A stretch of 64,000 bases of DNA from Tetramitus jugosus (lineage: Eukaryota; Protista; Heterolobosea), in the NCBI GenBank assembly GCA_937625935.1, contig OW569390.1, positions 186,001 through 250,000 on the forward strand, in the 5' to 3' direction. Below, piece after piece: positions 10,101 to 22,585 of the stretch. A program made the translations under genes and the position numbers. A model generated the notes under the pieces. That model was given only the letters and a program-made list of their open reading frames with translations, was not told the DNA's origin and did no database searches. Numbering within the stretch: position 1 is the stretch's first letter; each line of letters starts with the position of its first letter.

Positions 10101-13100
10101 AGGGAAGGAGATTTGAATAAGTTCGAATGAAAGTGAAGCTTTGAGAGGAATCTGCTCTGATTGACCATTCATATTCAACATCAGAACCAGCAATTAAGTT
10201 TGAAACATTTGCAGATATTCTCAAAGTTTTGAGTGGATTCAGAATGGTTGGCACAACACTTGAGATCTTTAACACTGGAATCACACTCTCTCGACTGACG
10301 ATCTGAATTGTAATACTTGTATTGCCAACTCGATTGGCCACAGAAGGATTTGGAGTGTACATCAATGATACTGTATAATTACCTGGACCTTCGTCTAGCA
10401 TCGTTGTGACCCCAGAAGCAAGTTGTTTGGAACATGAATCACAACTCCACTTATAAGTCGCTCCAGTCATAGAACGATAAAGTGGATCGCTACTCTGACG
10501 AGCATCCAACACAATCTGACTTCCAGCCAACACCATTCGACTTCCTCCACTGATGATAGCGTTTGGTTTGGTTTCTATCATTGTCACAGGAACTGATCGA
10601 GTGGCTTCCAAATGATCAGAAACAATCTGAAGAGAAATGTTCCGAGCAGCTTTTGCAGTGAATGTTAAGTGATTCAATGTTGTGGATGAATATGGTTGAC
10701 CTTGAATGAGCCAAGTCTTTTTGATGTTCATTAAACAACTTGGAATTTCAGTCAGATAGGCAAAGAGAGACAAAGAACCAGTGTCTTTGACAGACAAGGT
10801 TCCTGCTCCTGGCAATTCTATTTTGGCAATTGCTTTTCGTCGATAGAATGTTAATGAGTTTGATGCTCCTAGTTGATTCCCTTGAAGATCATAAATGAAC
10901 AATGATATCGTCACATTTTCATTTGAAGGAATAAACTGGTTGGGTACAATCAACGTTTTGTTTCGTTGATTGGCCAAATATTGAGTCATATTCTGAGAAG
11001 GTGTTGCCGATGCCTTCCAAACATATCTCCTTCCGCTCATATCATTGTTGCTCTGAATAGATTGAATCACAATATCTTCGCAAGGATCTATCATTGAGTG
11101 ATTGGAGTTGATCAAAACCTCCAGTATTTCAGTATTGCATTTAAAACCAGTGTATCCCCATTCACATTGACATGATTGAGATGCAACACACTTTCCATGA
11201 CCTGAACAAACAGCACTGTTGTTGAAAGCCATTCCAAAACAAGAAAACTTGTCACAACTGAAACCACTGTATCCTGATTCACAAACACATGTGCTCATGT
11301 CAACACATGTCCCGTGACTCGAACAATTGGTGTTTGCATTTTCTTTCACACTACATATTGGAGGTGCAACAGATGAACAATTCAAAGTTAAGAGACGTGA
11401 ATCTGAAATAATGCTCGTTTCAATCTGAACAAAAGCACTCAATCTCAATGCCACACTGCTCTGCAAAGGATATGGTTGATTGAGATTGAAACTGTCACAA
11501 TCAAGTTGTTCATCGAACCACCAACCTGATTGAGTTTGAGTGGCACATGAATTGTTTGAAACACCTGGGAATGAGAATGGAATTCCATCCAATACAAAGT
11601 CAGGAGAATAGGAGTATGGTGGAAATAGAGATCGGAAGTCAACGGTATAGTTGTTCAGACTTGATCCAACAGATATGTAAGCAGATTTCAATTCAGGAGT
11701 TGATGAAGTTGTGATTGTGTCAAAATACACCTCTGCTCCCATCGAAGTCAGTGTGTGAAGCTTCTTCAATCCCAAGAAAAACTCGGCATCCAACAACCCA
11801 AAGCCATCTTCATATTCAGACTTGGTTCTGCTGAATGATGTCAATCCATTGTATCGTTTGTGAACAACAATCGACTGTCTCTCTGTGTTGCAAACAACCA
11901 GCATCGAATCACAAGTCGTTGGTTGAATCTCATAAACACCAAATGGAGCTCTCGGCCACAAAGAAACAACATCAGAGCAATCTCTAACAGTTTCGTTGAA
12001 CAAGGGAACTTGAACTGGATTGGATGTGTAAAAGTAGGGGAATGGAAGGACACCAGCATCTCCATTGATGAGGGAATCGAGACTAGCTACCCCCACGAGG
12101 AACAGTACGCGATCATTCGTGGACGTTCCCCAATCGTTGTATTGAGCATTAAGCACTGGTGGTGGGGTATTGACACTGGCATATTGCAATGCAGTTCCTG
12201 ATCCCTGTTGTACAAAAGAATTTCTTCTTATTTTGGCTGGGTTTACAACGTGGAGTAAACTTTGCGAAGTGGTGCCTTTCAGCGTGTTCCAACTGAATTC
12301 AATTGAATCTGGACATTGGAGAGTCACGAGGCGAACAGGTTCTCCATTGTCCATCATTTTGTTGTTTGAAATTGATGTCTGTCCACCACAATTGTTAGCA
12401 AAGAAGTACAGAGGCGGATTGGTTGTTGTGCTCTCAATTACATTGTTAGATATGTCAAAATAACCTGCGTTGCCTTTCTCTACCCTCATAGTTGTTTTCG
12501 TGAGAGTATTGTTATGTATCGAAATCTTTCCCTCGAATCTCGTTACATAGGACACAGAGTGTATCGCTTGAAATTGTGTAGTTGTCGCGACAAATTGATT
12601 ACTATCGATAGAGACATATGGTACTGCATATGTTAGCACCGATACACCACTTTGAGTGTCTACCACATTGTTGAGTGAAAAATTGAACTCCTCGAAAGTA
12701 TAAGCTTTTGTGTTGGTATAGTCAGCTGCAACGCTGACTCCTGAAAAAGTGTTATTACTGATGTCCATAGTCACAAATCTGCTCGAAGAACCATCCTGTA
12801 AAACAGTTATTCCTGCAAAAGGATTGAAGGTATTTGCCAGGAATGAACTGTACATGACAGATAGACCTCCAACATTGTGACCCATCAAACATCCCAAGCC
12901 CATACCGCAATAAGAGAATGTGGTATGATTCACATGAGCTGCGCCACCATCGATCACCAATGTCAGTCTTTGAACATCTGCATAACTCAAGTTAATCTCT
13001 GAATTTGAATCAACTGTGATGTTTCTGAAACGCTCTTGCAAGCAATGCACATTGGCCACAGAAATATCAGTTGTTCCAATTGCATCCAGTCTCCCGTCTT

Positions 13101-14550
13101 CCAAGTGAAGGTTCTCATAAATTTGCATTGTACCGAAAACAGTCAACGAAGATCTCACAATCAATTCAGACCGAATATGATATTCAAACTCAGGAGAAAA
13201 CACATTGTCTTCCAACATGAATGGAAAATCAATGTAAATCTTGGGTGTGATCACAGATTGAAGTGATGTTGTCATCCGAGCAAACATCATGTTCTGTTTC
13301 TCATTCAACAATGCAATATTTTCACCCCAGACCCTGTTGCCACAATCTGAGTGAGCAACCCAAAGGAAGTCTTCGGACTCAAAGTTTCCGAGAGCAACAC
13401 CCTTGTTGATTCCATCTCCATGAAATACATCAATACTTTCAACTGCAAATGAACTGCTCAACTTGACGATGAATCCCATTGAACTGTTTGCAGCAGCAGA
13501 GAGCGGTTTTGTGGCCACTTCAACCGAACCTAAAATCTCACCTGTGATCACAAAACTGGGTGAAACACTTATCAATCCTCGAGTAATCATTGTATTACCA
13601 GCTGAACTCTCTCTCGACAAAAGGTTCTGAACATCCGTATCAACTCCGAAAGAGTCAAAATATTTGATGGAAGCATCTTTGTCGGGAAAGAAAACATATT
13701 GAGAATACTGATACGGCGGATGACCATACGTAGGACTAGGATGCAAATAATCCCATGACCAAGAACCGTCAATATACTGAGCAACAAACGAACTAACTTG
13801 AGTGACATTCAGATTGTTCCGGAATACCACTGCTCCTTCGGCAACACCAGAGATGAAGTAAGATAATCCAGCAGTAATAGATGATATCATATGGCCAGCA
13901 TTGATTCCCTTCCCTGGTGTGCTTTGATAACTGAGAAAAAACTGAGGATTGATAATTGTCTGACAGGAGAAGAACACACCAGTGGATGCCAAATGAGTAA
14001 TGTCATCAATATAGCCCCTGTATCCAGTAACACAAATTCTGTCATAGTATGACTCATAAATAATATCAAAAATTTTTGCAATTCTCGTTCCTGTGGCTGC
14101 ATTTGAGAAATTGACACATCCCAACAGATTTCCATCGAAATCCAATTGACACGCAGTTGCCTCACTCGAAAGCGATCCATCCATTTGTGTGAAACCACCA
14201 ATGTAAAGCATGTCATAACCAGATGATAGATCGGCACTTGTGGGATAAAATCCCATGGTCAATGTCTCATTCATCACTGCCTTGTACCACAACAAATTGC
14301 CTGAATCCGTGTACTTCATGACACCACACGGGTATGTTCCATTTTCAGACAATGGAGAAGAAGGACTCAATTCACCAATCATGAACACGTTCCCGCTTGG
14401 ATCAACCAGACTGTCCTTGACTGTAAATTCATTGTCACCACCTGCGAAATTAATGTATCGGGTCTGAATTTGTGCACTCGATTGTGACAATAGGAGAGAA
14501 AGGAAGAGGAGGAACAAAGACAGTAAAGGCACCTTGTTTGCACCGTACAT
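7187..14550 (-). pseudogene. Adhesion-type 7TM-RGS receptor, copy 1 (signal peptide, beta-propeller-like, beta-helix, fibrinogen C-terminal, 2 EGF, REJ/PKD-like, GAIN/GPS, 7TM, RGS); single 1-nt frameshift at ~9895
   Basis: ORFs 9817-14583 and 7187-9880 join when aligned to copy 2 (coding strand aatgcactgac vs aatgcaactgac). FReD motifs DCSDV..GVYEI, EYEDGFG..EFFLGL, SGWWF; GPS CRYLD..WQTDGC..CHCNHTTSF; seven hydrophobic helices; RGS FAEKEFALENLLLW...IYSEFL...YECNVP. ATG at 14550. Confidence 0.85.
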
Positions 14551-15156
14551 CTTCTGTTTGTTTTTTGGGTAGACACCCAACAAGATGTGGTGAACTTCGT
14601 TTTCCCTCGCAAGAACCTGTCACGCGTCAAATGGTCGGAACACAGAGAACTCGAGCCGCGAATATTCATACCCTATCTCTCAAAGAGCTCAAAAATCTAT
14701 ACTTAAAGTACACCTTTACCATAAACCATTTCACACAAACTGGTAAATGAATTTTCTTGTCAAATCAAAGAAGAAACAAACAACAAATGTCCTTCTCTCC
14801 CATCAGAAAAAATGATCGATTTATCAACTTGTGTCGCTCGGAGGAACTACTCTTTGGTTTTTTGGGAAACTACAAAACAACACCGTCTCGGATTGTGTGA
14901 TGCACAAAGTCTGCTCTCTTCAAATGTAAAAAATTCGTCAGGTCTTCTCACACCGATTGAAGATTGTTGTTATGACATATATGTGTTTTGAAATCAATGG
15001 ACGATTCCCTCTATTGGCGCGAACAAACGGATTGACATTGGCTCTAATTTCAAAGTTCAAAGCTCCCAACAGAAAAAAGTTGTGCTTGGCGTATTTCAGC
15101 ACTTGCGTTCGATGAGAATCGAACCCAAGCCTGCAAATGTGTACACTCGAGACAAG

Positions 15157-15261
15157 CACTGTCCCGGTAAAAAACTTTTGCAGAGTGCCGAAAAGCAGTA
15201 AACAAATTCGGAAGAGCAGTAAAGTTGAAAAGCAGTTAACCTGTATCTGAAAAGCAGTAAA
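15157..15261 (+). mobile_element. Probable orphan DNA-transposon terminus (CACTG start plus four subterminal direct repeats)
   Basis: CACTGTCCCGG at 15157 followed by GAA(A/G)AGCAGT(A/T)AA at 15190, 15211, 15227 and 15249; no partner end found. Confidence 0.45.
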
Positions 15262-15304
15262 CATACATTTATAAATTAAAGTACCCAAGTAAGATTCTCA
15301 AGGG

Positions 15305-16000
15305 TAGGGGTAATTTCGATTTTCGAACTTAATATCTAACCGAAATTTTTTTCCAAGTTCGAACAGGGAAATTTGAGGCGGAATTCGAACCATGATAGAT
15401 CCAACATTCGATCAGATCGAACAAAATCTCAAAAAAAAAACACGTTCATCAATTTTTTCATAGGAAGTCAAGATTCTGACTACAAGGAGAATATCCTTTA
15501 TCTTCTTTTAACATTCTCTCAAAAGGAATCATCAAGTAATAGAAGCTTTATCAATTATTCGCAACTTGAAGTTAAGGAAGATGTTGTGATGGAAGATGAT
15601 GACAATGAAATCAATAATAATGATAATATTATGTACATCTCAACAGAAAATCATTCACCTGTATCAAAAAAAGAAAATGAATATCTCCCAGAAGCTTTGT
15701 ATGGAAAAAACATGGAAAAACCATTATAGACAATAAGGTCATCGTACAGTATTTGATCGATGATTGTATATCCCCCAATAGTTGCATTGGTAGTACGATT
15801 TCATTGATAAGACATCTGAAACATCACCACAAGATCAACCAGACTACAATGGAACCCAAATTAGATGGGTAAAAAAGAAATTTGTTGACAAAATACGATG
15901 GATACGACGTTATCAAGATGAACAAGGATAAGTGGCAAAGATCAAAACTGTCAAAGGTTCAACCTGGTTGTGTGGATCCCAACATACGAGAGTGTAGAGA
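15305..16000 (+). mobile_element. hAT-like transposon relic (BED zinc finger)
   Basis: Off-track frame ~15690-15840 reads RSFVWKKH...VQYLIDDC...STISLIRHLKHHH (BED finger with first Cys degenerate); TAGGGG hAT-like terminus at 15305; multiple stops. Confidence 0.55.
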
Positions 16001-17929
16001 ATGTTGGTAGGGATCGACACTTTCGAAAAAAAAGCAAAAAAAGGATAAACACGAATTTTAACGGCTTTTCAGTTTTTCCGAAAAATTTTCAGTCTCTCTT
16101 CTCATAAGTGGTACAATGACATGGTTTTCGCTGTTTGTCACTAGTGTTAAAAAAAAGCAGAAAAAAACAAAGAGACTGCACCCAAGTCCTCCATTATACT
16201 CTATGCTTCGAACAGAGTTCATGTATAAATTCACCGTAAGTTTAAAACATCACCAAACTTCAGTTTGATACAAACGGAATCCACAGGGCTATCAGACTTG
16301 AAACAACAGAACAATAGGAATCTGAGTAATCATGGATCCAGCTGTCCTCAACAAATAAAATATACTGTTTGTGTTGCTCATTGTCCATGAATCTTCTGAA
16401 CTTCATCAAATGAGCACAAAAAACCATTGATGGACGACGAGAGACAGCGGTGTTTCCCAATCATTCCATTTCTGACTTTGGCATACTTGCCTTTCGCGGC
16501 GACTGTTTTTCCGCTGCGCTGTGCGGCGCAACACAAGAAATGCTTTTCATCTTTTTGTTTTTTGTTTGTTTTTGTTTTTTTTGACTGGCTCATAATTTTT
16601 AGCGGGAGACCGAACAATGAAGCAAATTTACACTGGGTTTTTGAGTCATGGCGCTATGCATTTTTTAGGGAGTTCAACTCCTTAACTATATTTACATAGT
16701 TCTTCTTGTGATACCGATTCAACCTTTCGGTTTCTCCTGTTAATTGGTGGGATTCCCTCCTGACTTGTACCCAGGTAAGCAATAACTCCTATTTTCGACA
16801 TCCAACTCAATATTAGATACAACTTTCTTCACGATCACACAAAAGTAATTGCAGGTCTTGAACCAAGAAGGATTCGATTCTCTTGAGAGATGATAGAACA
16901 CGCCACTTAGATGAAATCCTTATCGACGATCTTCCTCCGGTTCTTCAATTAATTTTCTGTACTTGGTGCAATTTCCTTTGTGCTCTGGATATAGCTGTTC
17001 AATATATACTGTAATTTAATATTCTTCTTCTGAGTGCTTCCGACCTTCTGCTCCATCTCCTCGAATTTTCTTTTGAGCAATCTGCTGTCCTCTAGTAATT
17101 CTGTAGATACATCCACGACTCATTTACTTCCACTTCTGACCCTCTACAACTACTTGCTAGCAACCAAAAAGGAAACCGGAAGTCAACGCGCGACAAGTCT
17201 TTCTAGAAAATTCTGCAAGTTCTTCCGTGCCACCATTCATTCGTGATTGGCGTTTATTGGAAAAACAGAAACGGGAGGAGAAACTCAGAAAAGCACGTGA
17301 ACGCATGAGAGCTAGAGAGAAGCATCTCACCAGTCAGCTTCTGTTTGTTTAATGACAGGTGCCTGTCATAATCACAATAAGCGTTACAAGGAGATGACTT
17401 CAAGTTTCATATTAGATAAATCAACTTTATTGTAAAATAAAGTCGTCAGCATTTGAGTAGTGTTCGACACCATCGGCAATATTCTTGTATCTCTGGTAGG
17501 TTGTCCGATCGATCATGTCACTTTTTGGCCATTCAATGACAGAATCATGGAGAAGAGTCGTATTTCTATCCTCTAGGTTCATATTGTTTTTAAAAGGAAG
17601 TAATACAGACTCTAACTAAGGATCTGTTCGTGTTAGGGTTGTTTGGAATACGAATAATCACAGCTTGGTTTATAAACCTTAGTTCCAACCATCCAGATTT
17701 ATTAGTAAATAAACCTCATATCGGTAATCTGAACGAGGCATTGAGTCGAAAGGATTATGTTGTTCTGTTAGAATCAACCCTTAAATCACCGGTTTGAGTT
17801 CAGCTTTGTATTGGACAATCTTACTAGCATAATGGGATACTCCCTTGTTCATGGAAAAGTTTTCTTCCTTCTTGTTAATAGCTTCAACAGACGAAAGTAG
17901 CTATTTTCCAAACATGCTGTAGTAAACGG

Positions 17930-19063
17930 TCGCATATGAAGTCCAAAGAATATATTCCCTGATGAGAATGAAAGTGGACAAGCAGAATTTGAGAAAGCAG
18001 TTTAGTGCAATCCCTATCTTCATGATTTGCAATGAACTTTCGCTATCGGAACGGTTCAACCTTGAAGGTTGAAAACGTCATGTTCTGCGGTGTATGGTTC
18101 GGAAAAGATAAGGCAGAGGCCAATATCTTTTTCTCTGTCTTAATTAAGGAGTTATTGGTGGCTGAGAAGGGAATGGACTCGTTCAACTGTTATGATCTCA
18201 AAGAAAAGGTTAGAATTAGATGTTGGATTGTGCTTCTCAGCCCGTCGAGTTCGGGTAACTACATTTCGGATTTGATCCATGCTTCTGGTCGTATAGGGAT
18301 CATGGTTTTTCTGTAAGTGAGAAATAACTGATACCATCGAATCCAACTTCTCAAAACCTTTGTCTTGATAGTAAATTCTAACAGCATAAGGCAGGAGATG
18401 AAAAAGAATCTTATCTTGGATCACAAGAAGAAGAAAGCCCTCAGATGATACATACTCCACATCATTGAACTTGATTATCATATGCCCCTTTGTGCTAATT
18501 GCTTGATCTTCGATTCCCAACCCCTTGACTTTCGTGGACCCTTGGGCATAAAATACTCGTGAGGATCAAGAATCCACCTGTTGTTCGAAATATATGGTTG
18601 TGTCGTGAACCAACAAGACTTTCCAAGGACAGAGGATCAAAGGAATTGACGTTTGGAGGCGATGAAGTATCCGAGGTCGACAATGGCATCTACAGGTTAC
18701 GTGGAATTTGTCGATCACTAAATTGCGTTTTCAACAGTGTGGGAGGATTATCTTGAAAGTTCAACGTATGAGTATCACAAAAAATCTTCGGGTTGAGTTA
18801 ACTCCGATAAAAAATCATACGAATTTTCGGTGCAGAAGAATCATGTTTGCACAAGGTGGTTCTGCAGAAACTGGCTCTCTATTCAAAATACAACTGATTT
18901 CAGGTTCAAAGGAACTGTGCAAACTCGATATTTTCTTGATAATAACAACCATGCAGCGTCCGTTGTAACAGTCCAGTATCTGCAGCTCGAAACCACTAAA
19001 TATCGAATCTTCTGTCTACATCCTATAAAAGCCTGTTCCACTTCTTCACTATGCAGTTTGTAG
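17930..19063 (+). mobile_element. CACTA/EnSpm (CMC)-like transposase relic 1
   Basis: SAIPIFMICNELSLSERF then (frameshift) ENVMFCGVWFGKDK...FFSVLIKELL, later RGPLG...LFE; fragmented by stops and frameshifts. Confidence 0.65.
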
Positions 19064-19641
19064 TCACCACCGTTCATAACCTTCTACTCTTCTATTTCTC
19101 GAGTGTTTCCTACTCTCGTCTACCCTTCCTTGTTCTTTAGGTCAAAGCCAGTATTTACTATCAAGTCTTCATTACTTCAAGCTTCAATCTCAGAGGTATG
19201 CATCAAAGGTACCCAAAAAATGTTGGGACTCATGTCTGACATCTCCCATTGTATACAATTTGATCAACTTTTATTGTAAACTTCTTGGTGCATATGTAAT
19301 TGTTGTTTGTTTCCAAAAACCCTTCAGTCCATGACCATTTACATTCATATGGATCATGGTTTGTATTAGAGAGTCCTCGAGACTTGAAAAACCATTCAAA
19401 AGTCTATCAATGAGAGCTATCTCATCTTTGTGGATTTGGGACTCCGTAACCGGGCGATCGTATCCACAAATGGCCCAATTTTCGTCTACGGTCGGTTGTG
19501 TATTGCGGAATATACAACAAGCGCCAAAAAATACTAACTTACTGCTCGGGAAAATTTTTTTGATCTGTCGTAGTGCGACGGTATATTGAGATATGTTTGA
19601 TTGAGTTCGGAGGGATCGTGTCCGAGCTGTAAATCAAGACC

Positions 19642-21681
19642 GGGTGGTGAAGCAGCGTACCGTTCCCGCGTTCATAATATTCCTTCGGTGTTCCCATGTT
19701 CCGGTCCAAAAAAAACGTGAATTTCAACTTTACAAAACAAATCCTTCAAATACAAAAACTCAACGTTCCGTCGTGTTCCTGTTCTGGACCAGAAAACAGA
19801 ACCAACCGCCAACACCAAGACATGGACAGTGAGACAAGCGACTCAGAGTACGATGGTGGTGATGAGAGCCACATCATCAAGGAAAGTTCACCGATATGGT
19901 GTGTGTGAGCCACCCCCATACCAACAACCAGACAAAACTCATACAAAGCAATTGATGTTTGGTGAGCATGAATACAACCATCATGAGTCAACGAACAATC
20001 AGTGTGTGTATCGATGTAAATTTTACCGCACCTTCCAATGCAAATCCTTTGTCAAGTATCATCAAGGAGAGTACCTACTACTACAAGGGAACCCATAATC
20101 CTACTCCTCAAAAGTAAAACCCCTAATTTCGGATCTTCTTCCTTCAAGACAAGAGCAATTGAGAACCTATGTACTGCAAAACAAGAGGATGAGAAATTCC
20201 CGAACAATTTGCAGTGCACTCAATATCGGAGGCAACAGGAACGACTTGCAATGGTTCATATTTCCTTCACAAGTCACAGAAGCGAAAGAAAAATTTGTTT
20301 ACACTGCCACAATCCAAGACTGGCAGGAACTTTACATTCGTTCAGAGTTCAGACAAACCATCCAGCATCAAGAGTATTTACGAACTCTTCACCTGTATCC
20401 AGAGTTTTTGATTCAGTACAGTGCTGATTGGTAAGTAGAGTTGCTCAAGGGTTGTTCAACTGGTGATCCACTTTTTGTGGATGGAACATATGCCGTCTGT
20501 CCACAGGGTATAGAGCAGATGATCTCAGTAGTGATTAAGAAGAGACAATGGAAGAAATCTCTCCCTGTCATGCACGCATTCCTTCAAAGGAAGCTTCAAA
20601 CAACCTATGTCAATCTATGGAATCATATTGTGAGATTGGCGCCCTCTCTAGCCAAAGTAAGAAATATCCTGATTTCTGTGGACTTTGAGAAGGCAATGCA
20701 CAATGCTATCGCGTCTGTGTTGCCGGACGCGATCGTAGTAGGGTGCGAGTTCCATTTGAAGCAAGCAATCATCAGATATGTCACGAAAGGCAATGGGGGC
20801 AAAGTGGTCAGTGCTGATATGAAGGATAGTTCGAACAAAACTGATTTGATCTCCAGACTGACATCCATGGTACATGCAAACACCTACCAAGAGTTCATCG
20901 CTCTGAGAATGAGCTTTAAGAACTACTACTCATTGAAATCGGGGTATCAGCGATTCGTTACTTACATTGAGAGAACGTGGATCGGTTTAGATCAGATACA
21001 CGCGATGTTTCCATATTTACTCTGGTCACGATGTGTCATGCCGAAGGATATTGACCTTCATCTAACGAATAATATCGTTGAAAGTTTCCATCATGTGTTG
21101 AATTCAAAATTTAACAGCAGGCCTCAATTGAAAAGAGCAATTGAAATCATTCAAGAAGTGGAGCAAGATGCTTTTGACACCAAACAAGAACTAGAATCTC
21201 GATCCAATGTGTCAACGGTTGAACCTCAGTTTATTGTTTCCTCATCATTGACACAGAAAAGAGTCAGAGTTAACAGAAATTCTAGAACCACCATCAAAGA
21301 AGTCAAAGAAAGCCGTTGATACTTCCTCAGCCAAAGGAGCCGAAATTCCAAAGACAATTGACAAGGGAAAGTGTCATGAGATCGTAGATCATCCTCTCGT
21401 CCTCCCGAGTCAACATCAATGCCTGGTAAGTTCTTCAATTCAAAATGACTCGCTGTATCGACCAACCGTTTTGATGGTCGAGCAGCCACTGGATCTATCT
21501 TCCAATCGCCTCAGTAGACCTTCAGGCAGTTCAGATTGCCCGACGCTTGCCGAGCAGTACAAAAGCTTGTTCAATACAATGTAAATAAAGTTTTCGGAAC
21601 GGAATGCGCGTTTTTCTTATGGATGAAGAAATTTACAAAATTGAATCATGAACGACGGAACTGTACGCTGCTTCACCACCC
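19642..21681 (+). mobile_element. Complete Mutator-like element (MULE), 2040 bp, with 34-bp TIRs and 8-bp TSD
   Basis: TIRs 19642-19675 (gggtggtgaagcagcgtaccgttcccgcgttcat) and 21648-21681 match at 31/34; direct repeat tcaagacc at 19634-19641 and 21682-21689. Confidence 0.93.
19822..21319 (+). pseudogene. MULE transposase (FLYWCH/WRKY-like finger + DDE), disrupted
   Basis: FVDGTY, SVDFEKAM, CEFHLKQA and TNNIVESFH motifs intact; N-terminal VYRC.....CKS; in-frame TAA at 20432-20434 and a frameshift near 20080. Confidence 0.85.
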
Positions 21682-22585
21682 TCAAGACCGTGCCAGTTCA
21701 AAATAATTATTTCCGCACGCGGATCGGTGTTTTTTTGATCAACAGGTCTGATGTGCGATCTACCATGTGGGTGCAAGGAACAAAAGATTTGTTTCTGTCT
21801 AAATTCAGAATATGCCGCTCTAACTCCGTCTCCCTGTGACTACAGTTTTTTAACACGAAAACAATTTTTTTGGCTACAAAGAACTTTCCTCCACTGTTGG
21901 CATCAATAAAAATGTTAGTATGATTTATGTTTTGGTTGTTTTTAAGAAATTCCATTAATCGTCGATAGTGATTCCCACAGAGGCGATAATTGGACGATTT
22001 GTAAAAGTTGATGGCCATAGTGGTATGTACTATTCGATATGTTGTTTTGCTGCAAAGACAACATCTTGGGCCATGAAGGTGTTGGTAGTGCGTGATCTTC
22101 ATTGTATGTTTGCGAAAAAAATTTACTCAAAAAAAGGACTGATCAAACATGCCGAAGGAAAGCTCGAAGAGATATAGAAAGAGAGTTCGAACCACAGCAC
22201 CCCGAACACTCTGTGGTAAGAAAAGCAAAGAACCACTCATAATCTGTGAGTGTGGCACAGGTTTTACAAGTAAGGATACGCGTATCAAGAACATTTACTG
22301 GAAGATAATACATGTCCTATGTAATGAAGTACAAAAATTCTTTATTTGATGCTGTGGTTGTTGATTGAATTGACTATTCTGATGTTGTTGATATGAGTGA
22401 TCATAGTGTGGTTGCTCGTGCCTTGTCGTGAAGAAGCAGACCAATGTTGTTGATTCACTTTGTTGCTGTGTTATTGCCATGGAGCAGATGAAGACGATGC
22501 TGATGCTGTTGTCGATTCATCATGTGCAAATTTTTGATGAGTAGAAGATCGAAATGCTAAGGGGATATAGGTAGTTCCTTTAAGG

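Noticed and set aside
15860-15990. Copia RT-like motif (RWIRRYQDEQG..KIK)
   Set aside because: Too short; it directly follows a BED finger and no LTR or YxDD motif is visible.
20431-20449. GTAAGT as a micro-intron rescuing the MULE stop codon
   Set aside because: Nearby AG acceptors give 8, 10 or 19 nt, none a multiple of 3; a nonsense mutation is simpler.
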